In this document: piece after piece, positions 8,941 through 17,330 of the stretch
Numbering within the stretch: the stretch's first letter is position 1
Layout of the letters: every line of letters starts with the position of its first letter
NCBI GenBank assembly: GCA_902541435.1
Contig: CACBQR010000002.1
Coordinates: 515-64,514 of the forward strand
Direction: 5' to 3'
DNA length: 64,000 nucleotides
DNA from: an uncultured Alphaproteobacteria bacterium
GTDB taxonomy: Bacteria > Pseudomonadota > Alphaproteobacteria > HIMB59 > GCA-002718135
Translations under genes and position numbers: made by a program
The notes under the pieces: generated by a model
What the model saw: the letters and a program-made list of their open reading frames with translations, nothing else
What the model was told of the DNA's origin: nothing
Database searches by the model: none

Positions 8941-9299
8941 CTAAATTTATCTAATTGGTTTGAATTAAAATGATCTGATGCCGGATCATCAAATGGTATT
9001 GAAAATATCTGAGCTTTGGAATTTAAAACTGGACATACCTCTTCTTTACAAAGCGTAAAAACGGTATTTAATTCATCTCTGAATTTGTTGTCTAAACTTT
9101 CAAAATCTTTTGAATAATGTTTTGATATATCAATATCGATTTCACCCATAACCTCGATAGCATTAGGATTAACTTCTTTGGGCACTGATCCTGCACTTTG
9201 AATAATGCAATTAGGATATAATTTTTTTGCAATTCCTTCAGCCATTTGACTTCTTGCTGAATTAGCAACACACATAAAAAGAATATTTTTATTTTTCAT
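8880..9299 (-). CDS. arsC: arsenate reductase, LMW-PTP (thioredoxin-coupled) type
   Basis: 139 aa. CVANSARSQMAEG is a CX5R(S) P-loop near the N-terminus. Two further Cys lie in LCKEEVCP. Confidence 0.8.
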   Translation of the reverse strand: MKNKNILFMCVANSARSQMAEGIAKKLYPNCIIQSAGSVPKEVNPNAIEVMGEIDIDISKHYSKDFESLDNKFRDELNTVFTLCKEEVCPVLNSKAQIFSIPFDDPASDHFNSNQLDKFREVRDSIFDKLKELKNLFEN

Positions 9300-9523
9300 G
9301 TTAGCAAATAAATATATCCAAAAATAAATAGTGGGAGTTGTAAACCAAAGTTTGTGAGCAGAGCTCTATCTTTTGTCATATAACCAACAATTGACCAACC
9401 AACAGCACCTGTACCGTGAATAATTATGTTAATTGGATACGCATTTAAATTGGTTAATAATATTCCTGATAAAATTAACGCGGTGCTAAACCACTTAATT
9501 CTATTAATTGATAAATCTGTCAT
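9296..9523 (-). CDS. small hydrophobic membrane protein (about 3 predicted TM segments), unknown function
   Basis: 75 aa, three hydrophobic stretches, 4-nt overlap with the arsC start. No recognisable motif. Confidence 0.45.
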   Translation of the reverse strand: MTDLSINRIKWFSTALILSGILLTNLNAYPINIIIHGTGAVGWSIVGYMTKDRALLTNFGLQLPLFIFGYIYLLT

Positions 9524-9579
9524 ATCTTCTCCTAAATTCTATAGATTGCGAATATTACACTTTACTTAAAGATAAAGAT

Positions 9580-9607
9580 ATTAATCAAATTGTAACAAAA
9601 ATTTAAC
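9580..9607 (+). promoter_or_regulatory. Candidate Pho-box-like element (three direct hexamers at 11-bp spacing)
   Basis: ATTAAT(9580) / TGTAAC(9591) / TTTAAC(9602), each followed by an A/T spacer, about 40 nt upstream of the DUF47-PiT start. The architecture resembles 7+4 bp PhoB boxes. Confidence 0.35.
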
Positions 9608-9646
9608 ATTTCTTTCTTTTTTTTTGAAAAGTTCTATAAGCACTCC

Positions 9647-10309
9647 ATGTTTGGATTAAAAAGTGCATCATTATTTGGTGATACCAAAAAGCTTGAAAGA
9701 GAAATTGATGAGTTTGTTGATATTGTCTCTGAAGTGGGCTTAGTATTTAAATCGATAGTTCCAACTTATCTCAATCATTCTGCCAATGGTAAATTTGAGG
9801 AAATGGTTGAAAAAGTAAAAGAAATGGAAAGTAAGGCTGACAAAATTACGAAAGATGTTGAGCATACTCTTTATGAAGAAACACTAATCCCAGATGCAAG
9901 AAGTGATGTGTTACGACTTCTAGAACACATCGACGAATTAATTGGAATGTACCAAGGGAATTGTTATCACTTCTCTATTCAAAAACCTAATTTTCCAAAA
10001 GAGTTTCACCAAGATTTAATTGAGTTAACAGAGACAGTTGTAAACTGTGTTGAGTCACTTTGTTTGACTGTCCGATCATTTTTTAGAGATATTAAATCTG
10101 TTAGAGATAATGCTCATAAAGTAACTTTTTATGAAAAAGAATCTGATATAAAATTTAGTTCTCTTGCAAGAAGAATTTTTGATTCTGAATTACCTCTAGA
10201 TCAAAAAATGCATCTTCGTTATTTTGTAGAGAAGATTGATCGTATTTGTGATCAAGCAGAAGACATAGCTGACGAGGTTCAAATTTACGCTATTAAACGT
10301 TCCGTTTAA
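9647..10309 (+). CDS. DUF47 / TIGR00153-type PhoU-like phosphate-transport regulator
   Basis: 220 aa helical protein directly preceding a PiT transporter, which is the canonical pairing. The C-terminal D.ADE...Y ending is typical of the family. Confidence 0.75.
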   Translation: MFGLKSASLFGDTKKLEREIDEFVDIVSEVGLVFKSIVPTYLNHSANGKFEEMVEKVKEMESKADKITKDVEHTLYEETLIPDARSDVLRLLEHIDELIGMYQGNCYHFSIQKPNFPKEFHQDLIELTETVVNCVESLCLTVRSFFRDIKSVRDNAHKVTFYEKESDIKFSSLARRIFDSELPLDQKMHLRYFVEKIDRICDQAEDIADEVQIYAIKRSV

Positions 10310-10315
10310 TTTTCA

Positions 10316-11368
10316 ATGGAAATTACAATTCTAATTTTTTTATTTGGTGGTCTTTTTTTAGGTTGGTCACTTGGCGCCAATGATGCAGCAAATGTTTTTG
10401 GAACTGCAGTTGGAACACGAATGGTTAGTTTCACAAGTGCAGCAATAATTTGTAGTGTCTTTGTTATTCTAGGTGCAATTATTAGCGGAGCAGGCACAAC
10501 AGAAACTTTAGGTAAGTTAGGTGCTATTAATGCATTGCCTGGTGCTTTTGCAGCATGTGTGGCTGCGGGAATATCTGTATATTTAATGACCAAAGTTGGC
10601 TTGCCTGTTTCAACAACGCAAGCGATTGTTGGAGCAATTGTTGGTTGGAATTTATACACGGGATCTTCAACTAATCTTCAAGTTTTAATTACTATTTTAG
10701 GAACATGGATACTCTGTCCTATTATTGCAGGAGTTATTGCAATGGGTTTATTTACTTTTACAAAAAGAGTTATACTCAATAGAAAGTTACATATTCTCAG
10801 ACTTGATGCCTATACAAGAACAGCTTTACTTTTAGCGGGTACTTTTGGTGCTTATAGTTTAGGTGCAAACAATATTGCCAATGTAATGGGTGTCTTCGTA
10901 CCTATATCACCGTTTACTGATGTTACTATTGGAAATTTATTTGTCTTTTCCTCAAAAGAACAATTATTTCTTCTAGGTGGTTTAGCAATAGCTGTTGGTG
11001 TTTTTACTTACTCGAAAAGAGTTATGTTTACCGTTGGTAATGATCTCTTAAAAATGACACCAGTGGCAGCATTTATTGTTGTTATATCGCATTCTATTGT
11101 TTTATTTTTATTTGCATCCCAGGGTATAAGTGCTTTTTTACAATCTATAAATCTTCCCTCTATACCTTTGGTACCAGTATCAAGTTCCCAAGCTGTTGTC
11201 GGCGGCGTAATTGGAATTGGTCTTTTAAAAGGAGGAAAAGAGGTTCAATGGTCAATTGCAGGTAGAATTTCTTTGGGTTGGATGACGCTACCTATAATTG
11301 CAGCTTTAATTTCTTTAATTGTTTTATTTATTCTAGAAAATATTTTTAATTTAACGGTCTCTTTTTAA
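10316..11368 (+). CDS. pit: inorganic phosphate transporter, PiT family
   Basis: 350 aa polytopic. GANDAANVFGTAVG in the first half and GANNIANVMG in the second half are PiT signature repeats. Confidence 0.9.
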   Translation: MEITILIFLFGGLFLGWSLGANDAANVFGTAVGTRMVSFTSAAIICSVFVILGAIISGAGTTETLGKLGAINALPGAFAACVAAGISVYLMTKVGLPVSTTQAIVGAIVGWNLYTGSSTNLQVLITILGTWILCPIIAGVIAMGLFTFTKRVILNRKLHILRLDAYTRTALLLAGTFGAYSLGANNIANVMGVFVPISPFTDVTIGNLFVFSSKEQLFLLGGLAIAVGVFTYSKRVMFTVGNDLLKMTPVAAFIVVISHSIVLFLFASQGISAFLQSINLPSIPLVPVSSSQAVVGGVIGIGLLKGGKEVQWSIAGRISLGWMTLPIIAALISLIVLFILENIFNLTVSF

Positions 11369-11889
11369 TTAACTGCTCGATAAGAAAAAATAAAATCTTC
11401 TTGGATTTTTGACTCAATAGCTCCTTTTCTTCTTGCTCGCACTAGATCAATAGCTTCTTGTTTTTCATAATTAAATTCAACAAGTAAAATAGCAGCTATA
11501 GTGCCAGCTCTTCCTTTTCCTCCACGGCAATGTAAAACTATGTTTTTACCATCTATCAATTCGTTCTTTAATAAAACTTTTGTTGTTTCCCATTTATATT
11601 TAAAATCTTTATCTGGTGCTCCCATGTCATAAATGGGTAAATGGTACCAATGTAATTTATGTTCATAAATATTTTTGACAAACAAAGTTTTATCACACAA
11701 TTTTTCAAATTCGCTATCTTCAACAAAAGAAGTAATAGAACTACAATTATTATTTTTAAATATTTCTAATTCGTTTGCTAAAATTGTTTCTTCAAATAAA
11801 CCATTAGAGTTAAGACCTGGGAAAGAAGTTAATATAATTTTGCCTGCAAATGACTTAGAGTCAATAAAATCATAATTGCTAAATTGCAT
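11365..11889 (-). CDS. Cys-based (dual-specificity/CDKN3-like) protein phosphatase family protein
   Basis: 174 aa. HCRGGKGRAGT is a CX5R P-loop with an upstream D (YDMGAPD). The start codon directly abuts the stop of the phnZ-like gene (TAAATG on the minus strand). Confidence 0.75.
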   Translation of the reverse strand: MQFSNYDFIDSKSFAGKIILTSFPGLNSNGLFEETILANELEIFKNNNCSSITSFVEDSEFEKLCDKTLFVKNIYEHKLHWYHLPIYDMGAPDKDFKYKWETTKVLLKNELIDGKNIVLHCRGGKGRAGTIAAILLVEFNYEKQEAIDLVRARRKGAIESKIQEDFIFSYRAVN

Positions 11890-12465
11890 TTACGCTTGTT
11901 TAGCTAAAAAAGACTGTCTTGCTTCTTCTAAATAGGGGCGGAAATGTTCAACATCGGGAGTTTTTTTATCTAGAATTTTTGCTAAATCATCAAATCTTCT
12001 AAGCTCTACTGCTTCATCCATAAAAGGTTTGCTTATAAACGCATCTGCTTCTTCTTTTGTGAAAGGACCACCTTGAACTTTTAACGAAAGTTTCGATGCT
12101 TCTGATAGACTATCATAATAACCTTCTTCAACACTTGATAAATATCTTTTTGAGTCAACATGTGCTCTAATTGGTAGAATAACATCCTCACCAAAATATT
12201 TTTTTAAAAAATCAGCACCTAAATTTTCATGATGACCATCTTTCCCTTCATGAATGGGATCGCCGTCCTCATAGATAAGGTGGCCAACATCATGCAGTAA
12301 TGCTGCAGCAATTGTTGGTCCTGGTAATTTATGTTTTTCAGCAAGTTCAGCACATTGGAGTGCGTGCTCAAGCTGGGTCACATCCTCATTACCATATTGA
12401 ATATCAGCACCTTTTGTTTTCAAAAGATGTAAGAGATAGTCTACAATATTTTCTTCCATTTTCAT
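11890..12465 (-). CDS. phnZ: PhnZ-family HD-domain (mixed-valent diiron) oxygenase, phosphonate C-P cleaving type
   Basis: 191 aa. QLEHALQCA, AALLHDVGH, HHENLGADFL, AHVDSKRYL and GGPF match the H...HD...H...H...D ligand pattern and spacing of PhnZ/TmpB-type proteins. Confidence 0.75.
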   Translation of the reverse strand: MKMEENIVDYLLHLLKTKGADIQYGNEDVTQLEHALQCAELAEKHKLPGPTIAAALLHDVGHLIYEDGDPIHEGKDGHHENLGADFLKKYFGEDVILPIRAHVDSKRYLSSVEEGYYDSLSEASKLSLKVQGGPFTKEEADAFISKPFMDEAVELRRFDDLAKILDKKTPDVEHFRPYLEEARQSFLAKQA

Positions 12466-12553
12466 TTATAATTAACTTATTAGAAAATAAATTCAATTCC
12501 AACTTTAATAAGATTGATCAAATTTATAATAATATTTATTAAGTAAATATTTA

Positions 12554-13651
12554 ATGGATAAAAAATTATTAACCCCTGGTCCTCTCACGACATCGATGTC
12601 AACAAAAGAGGCTATGCTTCATGATTGGGGTTCGAGAGATACAAAATTTATTGATCTCAATGCATCAATTAGAGATTCCCTTGTTAAATTAATAGACGGT
12701 GAAGATAAATATCAATGTGTTCCAATGCAGGGAAGTGGAACTTTTGCCGTAGAGTCGATGGTAAGCTCTCTTACTCAAAAAGATTCTAAAATTCTGATTC
12801 TGATCAATGGTGCTTACGGACAAAGAATGAAAAAAATGTGCACATATTTAGGGAGAGATTTTATTGAATATGAAGTTGCTGAACATGAAGTACATGACAT
12901 CAATAAAATTGAAGACTTAATTGATAGCAACAACTTAACACACGTCTTTGCCGTATATTGTGAAACAACATCGGGTATTTTAAATCCTATTGAAGACATT
13001 GCAAAATTGGTTGAGGGGAAAAATTTATCGTTATTCATCGATGCAATGAGTGCCTTTGGTGCATTACCCTTAAGTTCTAAAACAATTACTTTTGATGCTG
13101 TAGCCGCTTCATCAAACAAATGCTTAGAAGGTGTGCCAGGTGTTGGTTTCATTCTTGTTAAAAATGAAGTTATTCAAAATGCAAAAGGCAATAGTCACTC
13201 ACTAAGTCTAGACTTGTATGATCAATGGCAAGCAATGGAAAAAAATAAACAATGGCGATTTACACCTCCAACACACGTATTAGCTGCATTCAACCAAGCT
13301 ATTGAAGAACATAAAGAACAAGGCGGTGTAAAAGGAAGAGGTAAAAGATATAAAAAAAATTGTGAAATTATTTGTAATGGAATGAAAGAGTTGGGATTTG
13401 AGCAACTACTTCCTGATAATTTACAAGCACCAATTATTATTACGTTTAAACAACCTAATGATCCTAAATTTAACTTTGAGAAATTTTATAATGCTCTTAG
13501 TGAAAAAGATTTTTTAATTTATCCAGGAAAACTAACAGTGGCAGAAACTTTTAGAATTGGGTGTATTGGTAATTTAGATGAACAAGACATGATGGATACA
13601 ATAAAAGCTGTAAAAGAAGTCGTTACTGAATTGGGATTAACATTAAACTAA
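12554..13651 (+). CDS. phnW: 2-aminoethylphosphonate--pyruvate transaminase
   Basis: 365 aa. LLTPGPLTTS, YCETTSGILNP, SSNKCLEGVPG (PLP Lys), WRFTPPTH, FRIGCIG. Confidence 0.9.
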   Translation: MDKKLLTPGPLTTSMSTKEAMLHDWGSRDTKFIDLNASIRDSLVKLIDGEDKYQCVPMQGSGTFAVESMVSSLTQKDSKILILINGAYGQRMKKMCTYLGRDFIEYEVAEHEVHDINKIEDLIDSNNLTHVFAVYCETTSGILNPIEDIAKLVEGKNLSLFIDAMSAFGALPLSSKTITFDAVAASSNKCLEGVPGVGFILVKNEVIQNAKGNSHSLSLDLYDQWQAMEKNKQWRFTPPTHVLAAFNQAIEEHKEQGGVKGRGKRYKKNCEIICNGMKELGFEQLLPDNLQAPIIITFKQPNDPKFNFEKFYNALSEKDFLIYPGKLTVAETFRIGCIGNLDEQDMMDTIKAVKEVVTELGLTLN

Positions 13652-13658
13652 CAAAATA

Positions 13659-14291
13659 ATGACAAAAGAAATTGAAATACCATTAGTTAAAGCAACAAAT
13701 GAAAATCTTAAAGGATACGGATATTTAATCGATAGTTTTGAAAATAGTGATATTGAAATTGTTACTTGGCCAAAACAAGGATGGCGCGACATAGAAGAGG
13801 GAACTGGTAATGAAGGTGGAACTACCGAAGGTTCTTTTGATACCTGGTGGCAAGGTGATGTGCTTTATGGACAAAATAATGCTGTCCAACATAAGAGCGA
13901 TTATGAAGTAGATGGAAAATATATACTGGGTTATGCCAATAACCCCGATCAAGAATTGCAAAAAGATAAATATTCAGATCCAACAAAAATATTTCTATGG
14001 CATGCAAATTATCATCCTGATGGAGGTCAGCTTTTTTTTCCTGCAGAAAATAAACCATTTATTTGTCCTTTAGCTTTACCAACAGACGACATCGAACCAG
14101 AACATTTCAAAGCATTTTATTGTGATGGATCAAAAGGTTTGTATATTCATCCAAACATTTGGCATGAAGGGGTGTTTCCAGTTAAAGAAAAACAATCATT
14201 TCATGGAAAACAAGGTAAAGTACATGCAAGAGTTAGCATCGACTTAAAAGAGGAATTTAATAAGTATATTTATTTTAAAACTGCGATCTAA
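13659..14291 (+). CDS. ureidoglycolate lyase (AllA)-like beta-barrel protein, function here unknown
   Basis: 210 aa. N-terminal L..AT.ENLKGYGYLI, NYHPDGGQLFFP and GLYIHPNIWHEGVF parallel AllA blocks (AYG.VI, ERHP...Q.F.P, GVNYH..VWH.P). 7 nt downstream of phnW. Confidence 0.5.
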   Translation: MTKEIEIPLVKATNENLKGYGYLIDSFENSDIEIVTWPKQGWRDIEEGTGNEGGTTEGSFDTWWQGDVLYGQNNAVQHKSDYEVDGKYILGYANNPDQELQKDKYSDPTKIFLWHANYHPDGGQLFFPAENKPFICPLALPTDDIEPEHFKAFYCDGSKGLYIHPNIWHEGVFPVKEKQSFHGKQGKVHARVSIDLKEEFNKYIYFKTAI

Positions 14292-14311
14292 TTATAAATT
14301 TGTATAAAATA

Positions 14312-15100
14312 ATGAAAATTATTCATCTTTCAGACCCTCATATTTATATAGATAAGATTCATGGCATAGATCCTGTCAGTAAATTTAAAAAAGCATTAAG
14401 TCATATAAAAAATAATCATGGTGATGCAGATTTATTTGCCATCACTGGCGATATTACAGACTTAGGTGATAAAGATTCTTATCAGTTATTTATAAAAATC
14501 ATTGATGAAGCAGAGCTGCCAAAGAATTTAAATCCTCAACTCATTATAGGTAATCATGATAACAGAGATGAGTTTAAAATAAACTTTCCTAATATTGAAA
14601 CCGATCCAAATGGCTTTATTCAATACTTTAAGGATATAGATAATAAACGTTTAATTTTTATAGATACTAATCTGATTAATACTCACCAAGGACATTACTG
14701 TGAAGAGAGGCAAGAATGGTTAAATAATATTTTAGGTAAAACTAATACAGATACGTACATCTTTATGCATCATAATCCACTGGCATTAGTAAAAGAGGAA
14801 AGTGATGGAATAGGATTACAACAAAAAAAAGAGTTTCAACAAATTTTAACTAAAAATAATAAGATAATAAAACATATTTTTTTTGGTCATCAACACATTA
14901 CAAGTTCTGGTTCTTATTGTGGTATTACTTTTTCCTCCCCAAGAAGTACTTGGTCTCCTCTAATACCTAACTTTTCAAATGAATATCGTTTAGGAACGGC
15001 TAATACAGATACAAATTATAATGTTGCAATAATTCGATCTGACGCCTTAATTATTCATACAGAGGATTTTTTAAAAACAGAAGTTAATTGGTTTAAATAA
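14312..15100 (+). CDS. GpdQ/CpdA-like metallophosphoesterase (phosphodiesterase)
   Basis: Motifs HLSDPH, GDITDLG, GNHDN, FMHH and GHQH appear in GpdQ-like order. The ATG at 14312 is preferred over the TTG at 14300 reported by the ORF track. Confidence 0.75.
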   Translation: MKIIHLSDPHIYIDKIHGIDPVSKFKKALSHIKNNHGDADLFAITGDITDLGDKDSYQLFIKIIDEAELPKNLNPQLIIGNHDNRDEFKINFPNIETDPNGFIQYFKDIDNKRLIFIDTNLINTHQGHYCEERQEWLNNILGKTNTDTYIFMHHNPLALVKEESDGIGLQQKKEFQQILTKNNKIIKHIFFGHQHITSSGSYCGITFSSPRSTWSPLIPNFSNEYRLGTANTDTNYNVAIIRSDALIIHTEDFLKTEVNWFK

Positions 15101-15104
15101 AAAA

Positions 15105-16211
15105 TTATTTTTTTTCAATTACAAATATTTCATTGTTAAAATAAAGGCCTTTATTTTTAGCAACAATATTTTGAACTACTTTTTCGTAATTTTTTGTTTT
15201 TTCTACCTTCATTACTTTATCATCATCCATTTGATTGACATATATGGAGGCATTCCAAGCAGAAAAAACTAATGATGTCGCTATACCTCCACTGATTTCT
15301 GTTGGTAGAGCTCTCAATTTATATTTAATAATTTTTTTTTCTCCAAAAGATAAATTACTTAATAAATCTTTATCTAAATTTTTCTTAAGATAAGAAATGA
15401 TACTATTTCCAAGAGAAGGAAAAGGGTCCTCTTTTGGCCAAATTTTACGAATTATTTCATTAGCAGGATCTTTTCCTGAAGCATGAATAGTTAATAATTT
15501 CCCTTTTGATTTTAACGCTCGAATCATTGGTTCGATGACATATTTTGATTTCTTTTCTGCTGAAATTCTTGAACGATAAGGCTGTGAAGCAATAATAAGA
15601 TCAAATTTATTATCTGATTTTTTTTTGGTTGGTATTAATTCATTAACATTAAATTCTTGATCTTCACGGTAAATAACCATGACTGAAGGCTCCTTATAAG
15701 TATGGTTACCTGACTTTTTATTAATTTCTATATTCCATTTTTTTTCTAAAAATTCATTTTGTTTTCTTAATTGTTGGGCAAATTCAAGAGAGGTGTCACC
15801 TTTTAATTTAATAATATTCCAATTAATTTTTTTCTGTTTAACGTCATTTTTTGATTTTAGGTTTGCGGCTTCAGCGTAGTGTAAATTTGAAATTACAAAA
15901 ACAGTATTCTTATGCTCAACAAACCTATCGGGTAATTTTTCCAAACCTAATCTTACATCTTCAATACTTATTTCTTTTGTGCAAACTAATAGAGGTACGT
16001 TAGGCCTGGCCTCGTGGCACTGACGCATAACATTCATAAGTAAGGAACCATCACCCATACCAGCATCAAATATTTTTATACCAGGTTTTTGCGGTTTAAT
16101 TTTATTTACGTGAGGGCGTATCGCATCAGCAATTTGATTTTTTTCATTTGTTGTTGTGACAAATAATAAGTATTTTTGTCTGTTATCATAAAACCTGAAA
16201 TTTTTTTTCAT
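15105..16211 (-). CDS. class-I SAM-methyltransferase-like protein, unknown substrate
   Basis: 368 aa. IFDAGMGDGS looks like motif I and IIASQPY resembles an (N/D/S)PPY-like motif IV. Otherwise not recognisable. Confidence 0.45.
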   Translation of the reverse strand: MKKNFRFYDNRQKYLLFVTTTNEKNQIADAIRPHVNKIKPQKPGIKIFDAGMGDGSLLMNVMRQCHEARPNVPLLVCTKEISIEDVRLGLEKLPDRFVEHKNTVFVISNLHYAEAANLKSKNDVKQKKINWNIIKLKGDTSLEFAQQLRKQNEFLEKKWNIEINKKSGNHTYKEPSVMVIYREDQEFNVNELIPTKKKSDNKFDLIIASQPYRSRISAEKKSKYVIEPMIRALKSKGKLLTIHASGKDPANEIIRKIWPKEDPFPSLGNSIISYLKKNLDKDLLSNLSFGEKKIIKYKLRALPTEISGGIATSLVFSAWNASIYVNQMDDDKVMKVEKTKNYEKVVQNIVAKNKGLYFNNEIFVIEKK

Positions 16212-16213
16212 TA

Positions 16214-17326
16214 CTAATAAAGTCCCATTGATTTAGCAGAAGAGATGAAGGCTTCTTTATTGCCAATAAAGTTTTTACCTCGTTCTCCTAAAAACGCATC
16301 ATCTACTATATTATTCCATTCTTGAACAGGAACTTTTATTTCATTTAAGTTAAGAGGAACCTCTAAAGAACGCATAAATTCACTCAGATGATTTGCGGCA
16401 TTCTCTAGGTTATCGTTAAAAATTAGTTTTAGTCTTTCTTCAGCTACACTATCAATTCCAACCATACTTTTAGTAATCATGGGTAATGTAAATGAGCAAG
16501 CAATACCATGTTGAATGCCGTAATTGAGCGTCACAGGGTATGATAGATTGTGCGCAATAGCAGTTTTTGTATTGGAAAACGCTAAGCCAGCATGAACGCA
16601 TGCCAGTGCAATGTTTGAACGTAATTCAACGCTTCTTAAATCTTTAGCGAGAAGTGGTAAATTTTCTAATACTAATTTTGATGCTTGTATTGCATGAGAA
16701 GCAGAAATTGGGTTTGCATTAATATTCCAAATACTTTCCATTGAATGAGAGAGAGCATCTAAACCTGTTGAAATGGTCAAGCCTAAAGGCTTATCAACCA
16801 TAATTGATGGATCGATAATTGCTTTTTCTGCATAAAGAGATTTATGCGCCAAAGATAATTTATTGTTTTTTTCTTTATCCCAAATTGTGGCCCAACACGT
16901 AAGCTCACTTGATGTTCCTGAAGTTGTAGGTATTGCAATAATCTTGATTGGATTTTCGACTCTTGGACTTTTCTTATTGCGAACGAAATCTGTTAGATAT
17001 TCTTGTTTATCTTTAAAAGCAGCAATTGCTTTAGCTGTGTCTGTAACAGAGCCACCACCTATAGCTAAAATATAATCTACCGATTCATTGATTGAAGAAA
17101 ATTTTTTTTGTAGCTCTAAAATATCCTTATAATCTGGATTAGGTTGAACATCCGTCATAATGGATAGTGGTGGATTTGAAGAAGATTTTAATTCATCGCT
17201 ATATTTTTTAAAAATTTCTTCTGGATGAGTGATTATGATGTAGTTCTTATTTTTAAGAGCATCATGTACTTCTTTAAATCTATTTTCTCCAAAGATAATT
17301 TCAACAGGATTAAAATAATTCCACAT
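16214..17326 (-). CDS. iron-containing (group III) alcohol dehydrogenase
   Basis: 370 aa. AIGGGSVTDTAK is the GGGS NAD(P) loop. Metal-binding His blocks are DALSHSMES, AHNLSYP and HGIAC. Confidence 0.85.
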   Translation of the reverse strand: MWNYFNPVEIIFGENRFKEVHDALKNKNYIIITHPEEIFKKYSDELKSSSNPPLSIMTDVQPNPDYKDILELQKKFSSINESVDYILAIGGGSVTDTAKAIAAFKDKQEYLTDFVRNKKSPRVENPIKIIAIPTTSGTSSELTCWATIWDKEKNNKLSLAHKSLYAEKAIIDPSIMVDKPLGLTISTGLDALSHSMESIWNINANPISASHAIQASKLVLENLPLLAKDLRSVELRSNIALACVHAGLAFSNTKTAIAHNLSYPVTLNYGIQHGIACSFTLPMITKSMVGIDSVAEERLKLIFNDNLENAANHLSEFMRSLEVPLNLNEIKVPVQEWNNIVDDAFLGERGKNFIGNKEAFISSAKSMGLY

Positions 17327-17330
17327 TACA

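Noticed and set aside
10306-10659. 117-aa ORF antisense to the PiT transporter gene
   Set aside because: It is a mirror-frame artefact of a Gly/Ala-rich membrane protein (A/P/T-rich translation). The PiT signature on the plus strand is unambiguous.
14300-14311. ORF-track start codons that looked too far upstream: TTG 14300, TTG 52907, ATG 35107, ATG 41796
   Set aside because: Downstream ATGs (14312, 52910, 35068, 41754) align with conserved N-termini of the families (MKIIHLSDPH, MSLQL..., MNIFNAVKKAEIHVHLE, MTRNLSVW...). They also remove overlaps with neighbouring genes. The upstream extensions carry no conserved residues.
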